From NCBI GenBank assembly GCA_964252035.1, contig OZ176204.1: a stretch of 64,000 bases of DNA; one strand, written 5' to 3'. Under the pieces are notes generated by a model, which had not been told where the DNA came from, searched no databases, and saw only the letters and a list, made by a program, of their open reading frames with translations. The DNA comes from Podarcis erhardii. Lineage: Eukaryota. Made by a program: the position numbers and the translations under genes. Of this stretch, positions 8,712 through 22,879 are shown piece by piece. Position 1 is the stretch's first letter, and every line of letters starts with the position of its first letter.

Positions 8712-11218
8712 AGAAGCAAGAAAGTCAAAGAATCTAGGTACTCCCAACAACATGGGACTGGCCCTGATCCTGTAGCAGCCATTTTGTGATTCGAAGCTAG
8801 ACTGTGCTTACACCCACAACTTTTTCTCTCTCCAAAATTCCAAATGTGCTTTTGGGCCCAAAATGGTTGAAGACATGGGGCAGCATCTATATAGATAAGC
8901 AGATTTCCTTAATTCAGACCATAATCAAAAGAAAAACCTGCGTAACTTGGTAGAGTTTATTTTATTTGTAACAGTTTATTCCACCACATTTTACATGAAA
9001 ACCTCCACTTCTGAATTCTTTTTCATTGCAAAAATTGTTTCTATGATAGATGCAAACTAATAAAAAGATTGGGGGGAAAAAAGGAAAGAGAGCAAGCATC
9101 TTTACATAAAATAATGAAATAAAAGTCTGTGTAGTAACTCTTCTAGGTATTGACTATTTGGAAATAAAGATTTATAAAGGTTGTCTAGAAACACTGTACT
9201 AAAATTTCTTTTAAAGTAATGAATGGTGGAGAGCTAAAGGAAATGAGCTTTCAGCATTGTAAGAAGAATACATATTTGTTTGAGATGTTGGGCATTGACA
9301 AACGGCAGGGTGAGAGGGTTGACCTGAACTGCCAGATCTGATCTTCATGTGAGCAATTGGCTTGCCATGTCTTTTAATTATTCAGTTTTAAATCAAGTTT
9401 TGCTGTAGCCCATTTAAGTGTCAGTTTGGTAGCAAAGCCTGACAACATCAGGGTGCAGGATTCCTTTTGATCAGGATTTACATACAAATCATTCTTGCCT
9501 TGGAATGTGTGGCACTTCAGCTTCTGTGTGTGATAGTCTTTGGGCAGGTCCCTTTAGTTCTTCACCCTCTGTGACCTTTGCTGGTGCTTAGTATTTGTAT
9601 ATGGAAGGTGGCTATTCTGGTAAATATGATGGTGAGCGAGAAGTATTAATTTTCTCCTGCCACTGGTTGCATGCTGTGTTTGCCTAGAAGGAAAATCAAC
9701 CCCTAATCCCGATTTTTTTAAAAAAGAATTATTATTATTTATTTCAGAAAGAAACCAGATGGTTAGAGTATAGACTGAGGGTCACAGATGTACCAGGGAC
9801 TGGATTTTAAGCTGCAAAATCCACACAAAGGATTCTGGCAGTTCACATTTTCTTGGGCTTTCAACAAAGTCTTTGGTAACTTTAAAGACTCTTCTTCCTG
9901 CATGACTAAACCCATTGAAAGTTTAAAGGGAAAGCTGCCTTAACAAGCCTTCACACTAAAACTTTTTAATTTTCTTCAAAATCTGCTCCTAAACCTTTCA
10001 CGTGGTTTGAAAGTTAAACCCCAGGATATAGTTAACTTTCACGAAGGCATTACACAGTGTTCCTGGTGCCTTTGCTGTTGAAGATGCTGTGCAACACAGT
10101 GTACTTTGGGTGAAATGTGGAGCTTGCCATTTTCACTGCCTAGCACTAGTATTAATCTCTTGAGAATATTGCAATTCTGTACATTAATAAGGGTAGAGAT
10201 GGCACACCCTTAAATACTGGTTTCTTAAAATAAAATGACATTTGTTTCTGGAATGTCCTGGACTAGAAATGGTCAGGACAATTGGTCTCCTGAAAGCAAT
10301 CTTCACACTTACCTCTTACCTTATCGAAAGGGTTGCTTTTTCTTTGGAGTGGTGGTGGTTGCTATTGAATTGCTGGTGGACCAAGAACATAAAAAGTCTA
10401 TTTGCACCAAGAGCCCAGGAAATGCTTTCTTTGATGAAAGCCTGAAGTACTGCCGCCCTCAAATCTTAACCTTTTGTTGTTGTTAAATGTTGCTACCTAT
10501 AAAGCTTCCCTCTCCTTATCTGCTTTTTGGAAGTTTTATATTTGTAATATATTTATATTTGTAATATAACACCAATTTATTTACTAAAAGTATACGTTAG
10601 GGATATTAGAGTCCTCAGTTTGTTCCACACTTCTACCTGTTTCCTATAATGGGCAAAGCAGACAATTATATCATGGGATGAAGCTCCTTAGTTTGGGTCC
10701 ATGTGCTCTGTGTGCCCATTCAAAATCATCTGCAGAGATTATGAGGTCTGGAAGCAGTGATTTAAGTCATAAGGTAACAAATTGTTCAGGACCATTCTAT
10801 TCCACTTCAAAAAAATAAAATTGTAAATTAATGATCCTATTTTGATTTTCAAACTTGTTGTGTGTACCTTTATTTTCTCTTATTAATTCTTCCATCTTTT
10901 TGTCATGGATTTGGCTTAAGTCTTTTGTTGCTATAGCTGCAAAGTTTTCTGTTAAAATACTGTTACCATTTTCTTTCACCAGTGAGGAAGACGCCTCTTT
11001 TGAGGGCAGTGCCATCTTGGCTGCGGCATGCATTAGTGTCCTTGTTGAAGTGAGCCTTCTGTCTCTGGACAGGAAGAATTGAATGAGGTCTTTTATTTTC
11101 AACTTTTCTGAATGCTTTTGCGTTCCCCTCTCCTTTCCTCAAGGTTTGGGGATTTTTTCTGGACAGCAGGAGCTTTTGCTCCAAGCTGTTTTTCTGGGCC
11201 TTGGAGCAGAGCTCAGAA

Positions 11219-11406
11219 CATAGTTGTCAACCTTCCTTTTTTTGGCGGGAAATTCCCTTATTCCAGCGCCACTTCCTGCTGCTTCCTGCTGCTATCCTGG
11301 ATTGTTAGATATCCTGTAGACTGCCCTCGGGACAGGTGAGGCTGCTGATCCCATATTTTTGAGGCTGCTGATCCCTTATTTTCAAATCTGAAAGTTGACA
11401 GCTATG
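11219..11406. mobile_element. hAT-superfamily MITE
   Basis: TIRs catagttgtcaac / gttgacagctatg (12 of 13 match); perfect 8-bp TSD gctcagaa (11211-11218, 11407-11414); internal duplication of gaggctgctgatccc. Confidence 0.82.
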
Positions 11407-14400
11407 GCTCAGAATTTAAGTGGCCATGTTCTTACCTTTGTGGCCATGCCCCCTTTGAGTATTTCTGACCATGGGATCTCATCCAGTAGTTCCTTAAACT
11501 TTTTGAAATCAATATCGGTTCAGAATGTATGTCTGACTACGCTCAGTTTTCTGCTGCCTCTGCATCATGAAACTGAAGAGGACATGCGTAGGAACAATTT
11601 ATTTGAACAACAACAACAACAACAACAACACACAAAAAATAGGAGACGGTCTTCTGAACAAAGTGAATTTGCATAGCCACTTCTTAATTCAGTCAAGAAA
11701 CAAACACAGCTTCTAAAATAATTTGCAGAGTATTTTGGAATACTCATGCAGACTTAACGTTTGTCTGCACGAGCCCCATTCAAATGAATGCCTTCCATAG
11801 TCAGACTTTTCAAGAAATTCTGCCATAGATTTCTGTTCACAAGGAACCAAGCACACATAATGCATTGCAAATTTTTAATTGGATTGTTAATGACTCAACA
11901 CATGAAATTCCCCCCCCCCCACGAGAACTAGTCATGGGGAGCCTTCTCTTTCACTGTTACAAAACAGAAGACACCAGGAACTTGACAAGTCCAAGTGTCT
12001 GAGGCCAGGGGACTAATTGATAACAGGCAGGCTGTATCCAAGGTCCTTCAGCAGTAATTGCAAGCAGAATCTGCCTCTCTGATCTCACCAGTGGTATTCA
12101 CCATGCCAAAACCGGCCAGAGTTTGACAGATTGCCTTCCATGCAATAATAACTTAGGCATGTTGCTTTTCTCACATGAGGCCATATGTCCCTCCCACAGG
12201 AGAAAATGAGTTGGGTTTTTTTCTTCAAGAGGCTGCTGTATTATACAAATCATACAATATTGCAAGATGGGGAAATCATCTAGCCAGCCACTTGTGAACA
12301 ATGAGCCACATTCTCTTAACATGGCTGTGAAGAACAACCTGGGATAGAACTATGTAGATAGCAGGAGACTTGATTCTCAATAGTTGGGATCACCAGAGGT
12401 AAGGGGAAATGACAGCTCTTCACCTGAACGGCAGTGGGCAGCAGCAGAGAAAAGCAAATTGGGGTGCAAACAGCTCCCCTTTCCCTGCTGTTGAGCTATT
12501 TCTCACTGATCAGTAATTCTGGTGCTCACATAAGCACTGGGTTCTTGTAGTCACTCCACCTTTTCCTCGCCTCTCAACTGTTTCTGGCTGATGATCTGAG
12601 TAGTGTGAGGGGAATAACAGATGAGGTTTAACCCTTCTCTCCCTGCAATCTTGATGACCACCTTCAAGCTACTATTTTCTTCTTCCTAAGCTATATTGTA
12701 GCAGCATAGGTTGGAATCAAGAGCAGAAGGGAGGGAAGGCTTAAACCTTTGCCTCACCCAGTACCTGGTGGGGAGCAGTTCAGTAGCCCTGCCCCTTTCC
12801 ATTGCTTCTCAGCTGTTCGTATTGATCAGATGAGCAGCGGGGCTTTGCAGCTCATGCTGCACGCCGAGGAGGGGGCAAGGCTGACGGGAGGCAGTAGGGT
12901 CTTGTGGGCTGCATTTAGCCTGTGGTCTGGTGGTTCCCCATCTGTGCTTTAGAAAAGTCTGCACTGGACACAGTGTTATGCCCATATGACAACAATCATA
13001 GTATAATTATTTTATCTAGGACCTAGGAAAAATGGTCACAAATGAGCAGGCAAGCTTTTGAGTTCACCAGAACTCTTCTTTAGGTTGGATACTCCCCTCT
13101 TCCCTAATTCAATAACAGTATTCAAGCTGGAGGGGAGATAGGGTGATAGAAAGCCTGAGCTTGCAGTTTGAGGTAGCTTTAAGATGGAATGGTGAAAGAC
13201 TCATGCAGACACTTAATCAGGTTAGACTGTGCCTGATGCAAAAAGATCTTAGGGTGCAGCAAGGCATGCTGGGTTGAAGGAGCAATGGATATTGTCTTTT
13301 GACATATCAAAGCCAGCTGTTGTTCAGCTCTGTCTCTGGCACTAATTGGAGTACACAAGTCCCCAATAAGACACAGAGCAGAAGCAAAGAGAAACATGCA
13401 GTTTGGCAGAACCTGGGATCGATTTTTTTTAGCTATAATAGTAGCTAAATTTGGTTGTGTTACTAATGGGTATTAGCAAAACAGTACTGTATTTCACTAT
13501 TTTTGCAGGTGTGTGTGATAACACTTTGAATACAATTGGTGTTAATTTCAATCCTTTGGTATGCCTTGTTCCTCCACCAGTGAGATTTGGGGCCTGCTGC
13601 CCTGAACTTTAAGATGTTTGCTTTACCTGAGATTTGTTAGCTTTGATATATATTTGTTTTCTTATCTACTTTCTGGACTAACTTTATTGTTTGTATGGCA
13701 AAAGAGAGAATGTTTGTTCACAGGAATATTTCTCTAAATTAGAATTTTAAAAATTGTGACCGTGGGAGCCTTCCTAAATTGAGGGACCAAATTGAGGTAG
13801 AGAGTTGCAGGTTTTAAATTGTTGTATAATTTACTGCTGAAGATTACCTTTTGAGATTCAAATATGTTTGGGCTTCTGATTCCCTTTGATATAAAAATAT
13901 TTTTAGATATGTACCATACAATATCAGGTTTATCCATGATATCTACTCTCTGTTGAGTACATATAGGTATTTTAGTTTAGTTTGCACATTTGCTCTATTC
14001 CCTTTAATGTTTATGTACTTATTCATCTAGTTTTGTTGATTGATTGGTTGGTTTCTTCTTCTTTTGAGAAGTATTTTGACCCAACTCTGAGGTTACTAAC
14101 AGTTCAGTTTTGTAAAAAGCTGGAGAAGGGCGCTCTTATCTTGGCCCCTGGCATCATCAAAGAACACCATAAGTAGCAGGGTACAGCTCACTCCCTTGGG
14201 CTAGCTATGTAGAACTCTAGGCTGAATAAGATATTTGAAGGCAGACAACACTATTAATACTTTTTTTTTCTTTTGCAAACCGGTGCAACAGCTACAGTAG
14301 GTTGTAGGCTGCTTCGGTTCCTGGCTTGTGAATAATCCTCCCTGCAGAGGGTTATACTGATGCATCACTCACAAAGGAAGGTTAAGCTTGGGTTGTGTCC

Positions 14401-16806
14401 TCTTAAACTCTTAACACATTTCCATGATTGTGGCTCTCTGTGACAGTAACAGATGATATGCGTAAGAAGCAAAACATAGTGTGCATGACCTCTTGCCTTC
14501 CAAATTGTATTTCCCAGCCCAGTTGGTGTTGTAACTTCAAAGTGGAATCATATTATTAGAATTCTCAGATTAGATTTCAATGTGTTAATAATCAGGTCGG
14601 GGGAAGGTAATGGGGAAAGAAGTTTAGTGATTTTCTTTCTTTAGGGTGCAGGAAAACATTTTCATCTAAGTTTTAGAATAGTTTGTTATACACTTTTATT
14701 TTCAACAGACATGCCAAGAAGAAATATAAATCAAGGATTTAAAACATTTTTGGTGGGGTTGTTTTTAATACAAAGACTGCTTTCAGAGAAGTGAAAGCAG
14801 AATGCTATATCCTTTTTCACTGGGGCACGATTTGATTGTTCATTTTCTTTTGCATTAATTTATTGAAGGACACTTGCCTAAATTACTTTCTGTCTCTTGT
14901 GAAAGCCTTTGATCTTGGTGACAGTTTGACTGCATTAGGGAGAGCCTATTGGTTAATCCTTTGCTTAACTTGTCCTTTTTGGCACAGCGAGGGGTCTTTC
15001 CAAAGATAATCTGTCAGCACAGCCTAAATCCTAATCAAACAAGGAAAGAAAGATGCTGGGAGCTGTATTATAACTTGAAGAACTGCACCATGGGATAGTT
15101 TATAGAAAATGCAGGACACTTGGGTGTCCACGTTACATGGAGTTGGCAGCGTCCCCCCCCCCATTTTTTTAAAAAAGCGTAATCAGCCTGGACAGGCTGC
15201 AAGTCATGGCAGAAAAATGATAGGCAGAGAGAGGCTGCTTAACTCTTTCCCCTACTATTTATTTTTCCTCTTGCAGAACTGCTTTTTCCATCTGGGTGAG
15301 AGAGATATATTGCTCTCTAAGGATGGAAAAGCAGTTTAAGGGTAGTTAAAGCTGAAACAGCAGCAAAGGGAAAGGTTGAGCAACGACTCAGTAGTGCTAA
15401 GCTAAACCATGGCTTAGTGCAAACACATGGATGCCCAGAGGGAAGGATGCAGCAGCTTGGTTCCTCCTCCTGTGCTGCTGCTGCGTAAGCTATGGTTTGA
15501 ATGTGTAAGCTGAATCTGGGCTTCCGGTTCGTTTCATACCAGGCAAATTGTAACTAAGGTTTATTTTTATTTGCTTATGGTTTGATTGGAGCAAGACAAA
15601 CCAGAAGCCTGGGTTTGGACAACATGGCAAACTATGGTTTAGCAACAGGACCAAGGGAGGGGCAAAGTGGCTGCACAGGAACCAGCATGCAATTTCATAC
15701 TAAACCATGGACTCCATGGTTTGGGTTCACGTCTCTGTTGCTGTTCTTCCTCTACCCCAGAACTTTCCAAACTATGTGTCACACTGTATAGGTGTGTCAC
15801 GTGAATGCTCCCCATAATCCTCCTGGGGCTGGAAAGGGGTTAGTTTAACCTCTGGTTTGCGAGTAAAACTAAATTACTGTGTTGCGAAATGATGCAGAAC
15901 TGAATTACCGTGTCGTGAAATTATGCATGTCTAAAAAGTGTGCAACTAACATGAAAAGTTTGGAAAGTCCTGCTCTACCCCAATTCCTTGTGTCATGAAG
16001 TATCTTGAAAGTATGTTGGTGTGAAAATGAGATACTTGTTGGCCTTGTTGGATACTTGTTGGATACCTGCTGTATAACTGTTGGATACTTGTTATTTTTC
16101 AAGATAGCAAAGAATTGTGAACCCAACCTTGGTTGTTGCCATGAATAAAAGTTCATGGATTTGCCCCTTTGTGGATTTCATTCTATAGCTATAGTGGAAA
16201 AGGCCTTTAATCTTTTTCATAAACTTTGGTTTTGTAGGTACAGTATTAAGTAATATATATCAAGTATATTTGTATTTTTTGAACTGGAGGAATGTGAAAT
16301 CAGAAGTTTATTTTCACCAAAGCCTGTCATTATTATGCCATGGTGGTCTAAAATAATTTTGAGGCATTTTGCCCAAATGTAAATGTGATATTTCTGTTTT
16401 CAGATTATCTTTTTGAGAAGAGCGGGGCTTTTTGTATGTGTGTGTAGTTAATGAGAAAATGCAGGTAAATCTGAAGATACATTAACTCTCCCATCTTCAT
16501 CAGTTAAAATATGGATGCAATGCAAATGGATGTAAAATTTTCTTACATTTAAGTAGTATGAAGACATTAAAATCCTTTGGAACATTTTTCCATTTTCATT
16601 TCACTAAAGCACATCATGGTGTTATTTATACAGCTCAACGTGCTGAACTGTGATACAAGTTGTTAAAGTGCTTGTGCATACAAAAGACAACTACTACATT
16701 TTCCTCAACTGATTAGGTTTAGCACAGAAGTGATGCAATTCCTCTTGAAATAATTGATAATCCCTTTCTTGGAATTTGATATGGAGTATCAGGACATCCA
16801 AACCCT

Positions 16807-16874
16807 TCTCTCTCTCTCTCTCTCTCTCTCTCGTGTGTGTGTGTGTGTGAGCGTGCGTGCCCACACACACACAC
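16807..16874. repeat. Compound microsatellite (CT)n(GT)n..(CA)n
   Basis: Seen directly. Confidence 0.9.
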
Positions 16875-19800
16875 CTGGATCAAATTGTGGCTCTGCCTGA
16901 TTGACAATCAAATCCAGTTTTTAAATAAAAAACAGATATATTAGATGTGCATATAAATTTATTGTGTCATCTTGTCTGGCCATTAGAAAGCTTGCTGATG
17001 TGTTTTTGGAGCAGTGCTTGTATTAGAACATTCTGAGGGGCTGCCCAATCTCCCATCTTGTGCTCTTTGGCTTACTGAGAGGCAGTAGCCAAGCTTTATT
17101 GTTGAAGGTCGCTAGCGTTTTCACTTCCACATCAATGAGCTTTCTCTTGTTCGCTTAGTTGCAAATGATCTGCAGTGCTAAGGAAACAGAAACCAATGAA
17201 ACTGATGAGACATAATAAAGTTTCTCTTAAACTTCTAATAGCAGAGGCAGACTTCCCTCCTTACCACCCCACCCCCCAAAATAAAATAAGAGGCACACTT
17301 CTCATTTATACCTCAAAATACTTAGTTTTAGCCTGTGAAAGAATAAACTTGCACTCAGAGGAGCCTACTCCTAGATTTTTGCATGAGTTCCCTTCCTGGC
17401 CAACCTTCTCCAAGGCAGGTAATTTTGTTGCTCCCCTGCATCAGGAGTATGGTAGATAGATAGGATCGTTCAATCAGATGTGAGGCAGGCATGTGGCCAG
17501 AATTACTTGTGCCTGTGGAGGCAAGAAGGAAACACCAGAGCAGTCAGTCATGCAGTGACTGAGTGGGTAGCCTCCTCTGTGGGTGGGCATATTGGACTCA
17601 CAGACGCCTTTATTTGTATTTTTTTTTATTGTGCCATGCAAGCAATTCTCCCATAGCAAACAGTTCAGAATGACTGCCTTAAACACATCAGCTAGATTTT
17701 GGAAAGGGGGAATGATAATATCATGACTATAATAATGTTGGTAGCAATAAAACTGAGTAGTGTGCTGGTATATTTATTTTCAGGACATAAAAATGCAGGG
17801 ATTTTTGTGCGTGTGTGTTTCCCCATTGGTGGTTTTACTGTTTCACACTGAAAAATATTTGTAAAATATTTTCTAACATATAATCCTCTTTTGATTTGGC
17901 TCTTAGCTGCTTTTTTTTTCCGTTTGAGAACTACACTTCTAACTGCATAAAATATGACTTTTAGAATCATGCCTCTTGAAGAGTTATTGCAGGGCATTCA
18001 TGGGGGATTTGTAAAATCCTCCTCTGTATTCACCATTCTCTGTGAAGCATAGGGTGTAATTCAGAGAGCTGTTACTTGGACTGTTGCAAAGTGTATGGTT
18101 TTGTTTCAAATTATTTGTTTGGACAATGTCAATAAAACTCTGGTGGCCAATGTGAGGCTTCAGTAACAGAAGTGCAAAAAGCTACGCTTTAGGTTGACCA
18201 GAGGGTACTTGTGATTGGTTGATGTACATGATGAAGGGATGAATTCATGTTGTAGTAGTGGGTCTTTCAGTCTTGTAAATTCTCATTCGTAATTCTGAGG
18301 ATTTCGCTCATGTGTTCCAGGATAAGTGACCATGGAACAGTGACCCCAGGGAGTTGACTTTGAGGTACAAACACCATTCACAGACACCTGTGAAAGAATC
18401 AAGATAGTCTGCAGGGATGTGTGGCCAAAGCACTCTGGAATTCTAGACAAGAAACCACAAACATTCCTTTGGTTTTTGGCTATGTGAATAAGCCCTTGGG
18501 TCTCTTCTGCATGCTTCAAAAGCTTGGGCTGAGTTTGTAATATTCAGTCCTGTGTCAGAACAGGCAAAGAAAAGACATTTTCTCAAGATTGCACTCAAAG
18601 TCTTATCTCGCCAGTATTCCAAACAGGCCTCACAAATCTGGTTGAAGAAGAAATGCCACAACCTATAGTCTGTAAGCCCCGCAGGAAGATTTTGCTCACA
18701 AGCAGTTCTCACAAGTCCACACGCTGCTTGGAATACATCAATATGAGGACAGAAATGCACCGTGCTTTAAAGAGAAGTCCTGCTCAGAGGGTTACAACAA
18801 CACCTAAGGGGAGAGATACAGTTTAGGGTTGGAGGTCTCATAGAAATGGAGCATTCAGAAGTGGGAGAAAGAGGCCAAAAGGGCAGTGTGAGGAAGCTTC
18901 TTGACACTGGTTGAGTTGCTGTGATATGCTGTAACATTTGGAGGCAATTCTAGCCAAAGATAGTTTGCTACCTGAGGTAAAGAACAACATGACCACCTCC
19001 ATTCTGCAAACAGAGGCCAACTGGACTCAGTTGAATCTAGCTTCAAGACTGGCAGTACAATAGTATCCTCCACAACATTTGAGAGGAGCAGGCTAGCTTA
19101 GGAGCATTGGGTAAGGAATGTGGCACACATAGTTCTGTCATCAAATGCTTTGCTGCTCATTCACCCTTCTGCCCAGTACCTGCTTGCTCACAAAATGCAA
19201 GTATACCTCAGGCCATGTTGCCTGGAGCTGATTAGAGTTGTAGACCATAACATTTGGTAGCTACCAAATTAGCTATCCTGTGGGAGGAGGAGGAGGGTGG
19301 TGATATTATCACATGTCATTGCCCTCAAGGAATAAATATACAGTGATTGTTAGCAATCATTATATAAAAATATTCACATTTTTTATATATTATATAAAAT
19401 AATAATAGGAGAAAATCTCAATATCAGAGAGCATATATGTATGGTGGTGAAACAATGAGGCATGAGGTATGAACTTGCAAAAAACCTTTACACAGCTCTT
19501 TGCCATGTTTAACTTGTTTGAATAGACATTATTGAATGAAGAGAGAATATATTCTTGTAATAGGTAAAGCTTCACAACTGTATCCATTATGCTAGTAATA
19601 ATTGCTGCAGTAGTGTATAGAAAGATTAGTTTTTCTCTGTGAAATACAGTTTGAGAAACTGCATTTCTCAAATAGGAATACACATACCCAGCCCTTAGTG
19701 GTTCAGGGAGTCTGGCGTCAGACTGCATGTGTTGGGCCAAGAAGCAGAGACCAAGAGAGGTATAACCCTGGAATTACAATTTTCCACAAATGTCAGATAC

Positions 19801-20129
19801 AAATGTTTAGATGTTTTTGGAGCAGTCATTCTGTAGAAGTGTGGCTAACAGTTTGGGGAACCCTGAAGTTCAAACTGACCCACTTCCAAAATTGTGTCAG
19901 ATCTGAATATCCATACATCTAGATCAGTTACCAGGTACCTCCTCAGGTGAATCAAAAGTATAGATCAAAATAAAAGAAATGAAACAACAACAAATTATTT
20001 GTACTGCGCCCATCTGGCTGGGTTTCCATCTACACAAGTGCCCAATTCAAATCTTCACTGTACTCTTTTGGGTGCCTGCTGAAAACCTTCCTGTTTAGAT
20101 AAGCTTACTCAGATGCTTCAAAGGTTTGA

Positions 20130-20300
20130 TTTGTGTTAGTATTTTAACTTTTCTATGTTTTAAATCAGGGCTGTAAATTTTTCCTGATCTTATTGTTCTA
20201 TCTTTTGTAAACAGCTTTGAGGTCTGTTTGTTTGTTTTACAATCAAATGGTATATTAATTTTATGAAATAAATAAATAAATAATAAATAAATAAATAAAT
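20130..20300 (+). mobile_element. LINE (L2-like) 3' end with (AAAT)n tail
   Basis: tgtaaacagctttgagg...tttacaatcaaatggtatattaattttatgaaataaataaataaa; (AAAT)n at 20266-20300. Confidence 0.5.
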
Positions 20301-21224
20301 ATTTTATTCTCAAAAGCTCTGGGTGCAAAACATTCATGGAATCCCTTGATGGCCTTTGTTAAGCTTCTTTTTTTGACCTCACTACTGACAAGAATGTTGA
20401 GAGGAGAAGAATTTTAACAATCAATTTGGAGCAAGCTACTTTGATTGCAGGATCCTACATCTCTCTGTGTGTGCGTGCACTAAGGGAACAGGCTGATGAG
20501 TGTTTAGGAAGTTTGTTCTTTTAGTATTAAATTTTATATATTTGTGCAGAAATTAATGTCTTTTTTATATGGTGATTTATTGAGGTTTGGGTTGCAAAAC
20601 GTTCAGAGCACTATTTTCAGGATATAGAAAGCACAAGGTTTCCTTTTGCATAGCAAGTGATAGTATCGAGAGAAAGAAGAAAACTGCTGCCCTGCCATGA
20701 CATTAATTGATCTATAGATAATTATGGGGAAAAGTTCTATAGAAGCTCTTCTAAAGTCAAGAATAATGGTTTTCTTAACAAGTGTGATTTCTTGACCCAG
20801 CAAAGGCTTGTTTATTTGTGTTTCAGGCTTTCTTGTTGTTCAGCCAAGTAAAATGGTTGTCACTCTCTTTTAAACTAGGAAAATTGAACTGGGTTTTACA
20901 GGACTATTGGCTAGCTTAGATATGCCAAGCTGTTTTCTTTAGACACTAGTAGCAGATATGTGCTCCAGAAACAATTCTGACAGTTTTTACTCCCCACGAT
21001 CCATCCCACAAAGTAGTTGCATTGTATTATTGAAATGCCAAAACTCTCTCAATCAACTTGAACACAACTGATGGCATGGGTAATGCTTGAGGGCAGTGGG
21101 ATTGTGCAGTTGCCAAGGTCTAGATCCACAAACTGAGAGCCTGTGCCACTGTTGGTGTCAATTGAAGGCAATTCTGCCCCACTCGAAAAGAGACCCTTTT
21201 GGCTATGGGAACTCTGGAGTATAT

Positions 21225-21634
21225 GTTACAGATAGGTAGCCGTGTTGGTCTGCCATAGTCAAAACAAAAAATTCCTTCCAGTAGCACCTTAAAGACCAAC
21301 TAAGTTAGTTCTAGGTATGAGCTTTCGTGTGCATGCACACTTCTTCAGATACACTGAAACAGAAGTCACCAGACCCTTCTATATAGTGAGAAGGTGGGGA
21401 GGGGTATTACTCAGAAGGGTGGTGGGAATGGGTGATTGGCAGATAGCTTTGATGAGCCTGTTGACGACTCTTAACGACTGCAATAGGTCTTACAGGAAAA
21501 AGCAAGGGGTGAGAAGGTGAAAAATGGCTTTGTCATGTATAATGAGATAAGAATCCAATGTCTTTGTTCAGACCAGGTTTCTCCATGGTTTTAAGTTTGG
21601 TAATAAGTTGCAATTCAGCAGCTTCTCTTTCCAG
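21225..21634 (-). mobile_element. Penelope-like element, 5'-truncated: GIY-YIG endonuclease C-terminus plus 3' pseudo-LTR
   Basis: Minus-strand RLEREAAELQLITKLKTMEKPGLNKDIGFLSHYT*; 12-bp TSD tctggagtatat at 21213-21224 and 21635-21646; terminal sequence shared with three other copies in the window. Confidence 0.9.
21315..21352 (-). ncRNA. Minimal type-I hammerhead ribozyme motif in the Penelope pLTR
   Basis: GUAU-CUGAAGA-A-GUGUGC(AU)GCACAC-GAAA-GC-UC^-AUAC: core CUGANGA and GAAA, stem I GUAU/AUAC, palindromic stem II, AGCU palindromic stem III; same sense as the Penelope ORF. Confidence 0.68.
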
Positions 21635-22210
21635 TCTGGAGTATATATTAAGTTCAGGCAGGGCCAAACTCAATAGAGATTGTGCTCCATCTCTGACCTT
21701 GCCAGCTATGGACTGTGGGAGTGAACTGCTTAAACATTTGCATCTGTGGTACTGAAGTTGAATTTCATTTGGATACATGTTTAATTAGCCAGGATCACTC
21801 TTGCAATTTACTCATTGGCAATTACATGAGCTGCGACTAATTTTGTTGGATCTCCAGGAGATGCAGAAAGCCACATCAGAACTTCCCCTTTGGTCTGTGC
21901 CTACTTTGCTTGCTTTTGCTGAAGGTTTTCAAGATTTTTACAGTAGAAGAAGCTCCCTTTCCCAATTTTACAGTTCGGTCAGTAAGCCTCTAATTCCCTT
22001 CCCACAAGGTCAAGGGCATGTGCTAGGTTCTATAAGTCGTACCCACTGCTCCTGATCTGCTAGCATAGCAGTTTTCTGCTTGGATAGCAGAACTTGCTCC
22101 TCCTCTGAACTGGAGCCCAATCCACCCTTAAAACCTGCTGTAGAAGGTTGGAGGACTTTCTGGAGCAGGTTTTGAGGGCATGAGAGGAGAAGAGAGGAAA
22201 GGAAAATCCC

Positions 22211-22258
22211 ATTTGTGTAAATAGAACTCGACATTTGTGTAAGTAGAACTCGACATTT
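22211..22258. repeat. 22-bp tandem duplication
   Basis: atttgtgtaa(a/g)tagaactcgac twice, then attt. Confidence 0.85.
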
Positions 22259-22879
22259 GGCTACCACTCTGCTTCTTCAAAGTTGCATACTAAACAATTT
22301 ACAGTTCTAGCTTACTATGTGCTCTTAAGGTATTGCTTCTGGAAGAATTGAACATTTTCACTATTGCTTTCATAGTTCACTTAAACACTAGGGTTATCAT
22401 GAGCCCAGACAATTCTGCTTTGCAACCCTCATTCATTTCAACATGGGTTCAGTTACTTGTTTTTACATGTTCTACAAGTAATTTGGTGTACACAGGTGAT
22501 TCTGTGCTTTTGTGTTTCCCAGTAGCTAAGGTGGTAATCACTAGGCCAGCTTCTGGTAGTGTAACAGGAAACCTCAAGTATTTTGAGTAGTAGGTGCCTA
22601 ACTTCGTACAGACGTTAAGTTCTGCCTGATGATGAACTCCATGTAAATTAAAAAATCTGCACACTTCTGCACCAATAAATCTAATCAAATAGGTTATGGT
22701 GTAATTACTGTGTGATGTTGTGAAGCAGTTGGTGTAAGTTGGTTAAAAATTGGGTTAGGTGACTGTGTGAGTAAGAGCTGTGTTAGTGGCACTACTACTT
22801 ACTAGTCATGGAAGTCAGTTTCCTATTTTCAGAGACACTTCCCCTTGATTACCAGATGCTCAAGATGCTCAAGGAGGAT

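Noticed and set aside
10797-11200. 101-aa minus-strand ORF with a coiled-coil feel near gccatcttgg, possibly an L1 ORF1 remnant
   Set aside because: The resemblance is only compositional; I cannot point to a diagnostic motif.
15390-15900. Repeated aaaccatggttt-like palindromic words (also ~45190 and ~45970-46090)
   Set aside because: Probably decayed MITEs, but no ends or TSD can be defined.
18400-18830. Protein-like open stretches (e.g. FSPVSEQAKKRHFLKIALKVL) suggesting a pseudogene or LINE relic
   Set aside because: Stops in all frames, no splice sites and no family I can identify.
21533-21778. 81-aa minus-strand ORF taken as a whole gene
   Set aside because: Only the last ~34 residues are Penelope; the rest runs through the TSD into flanking DNA.
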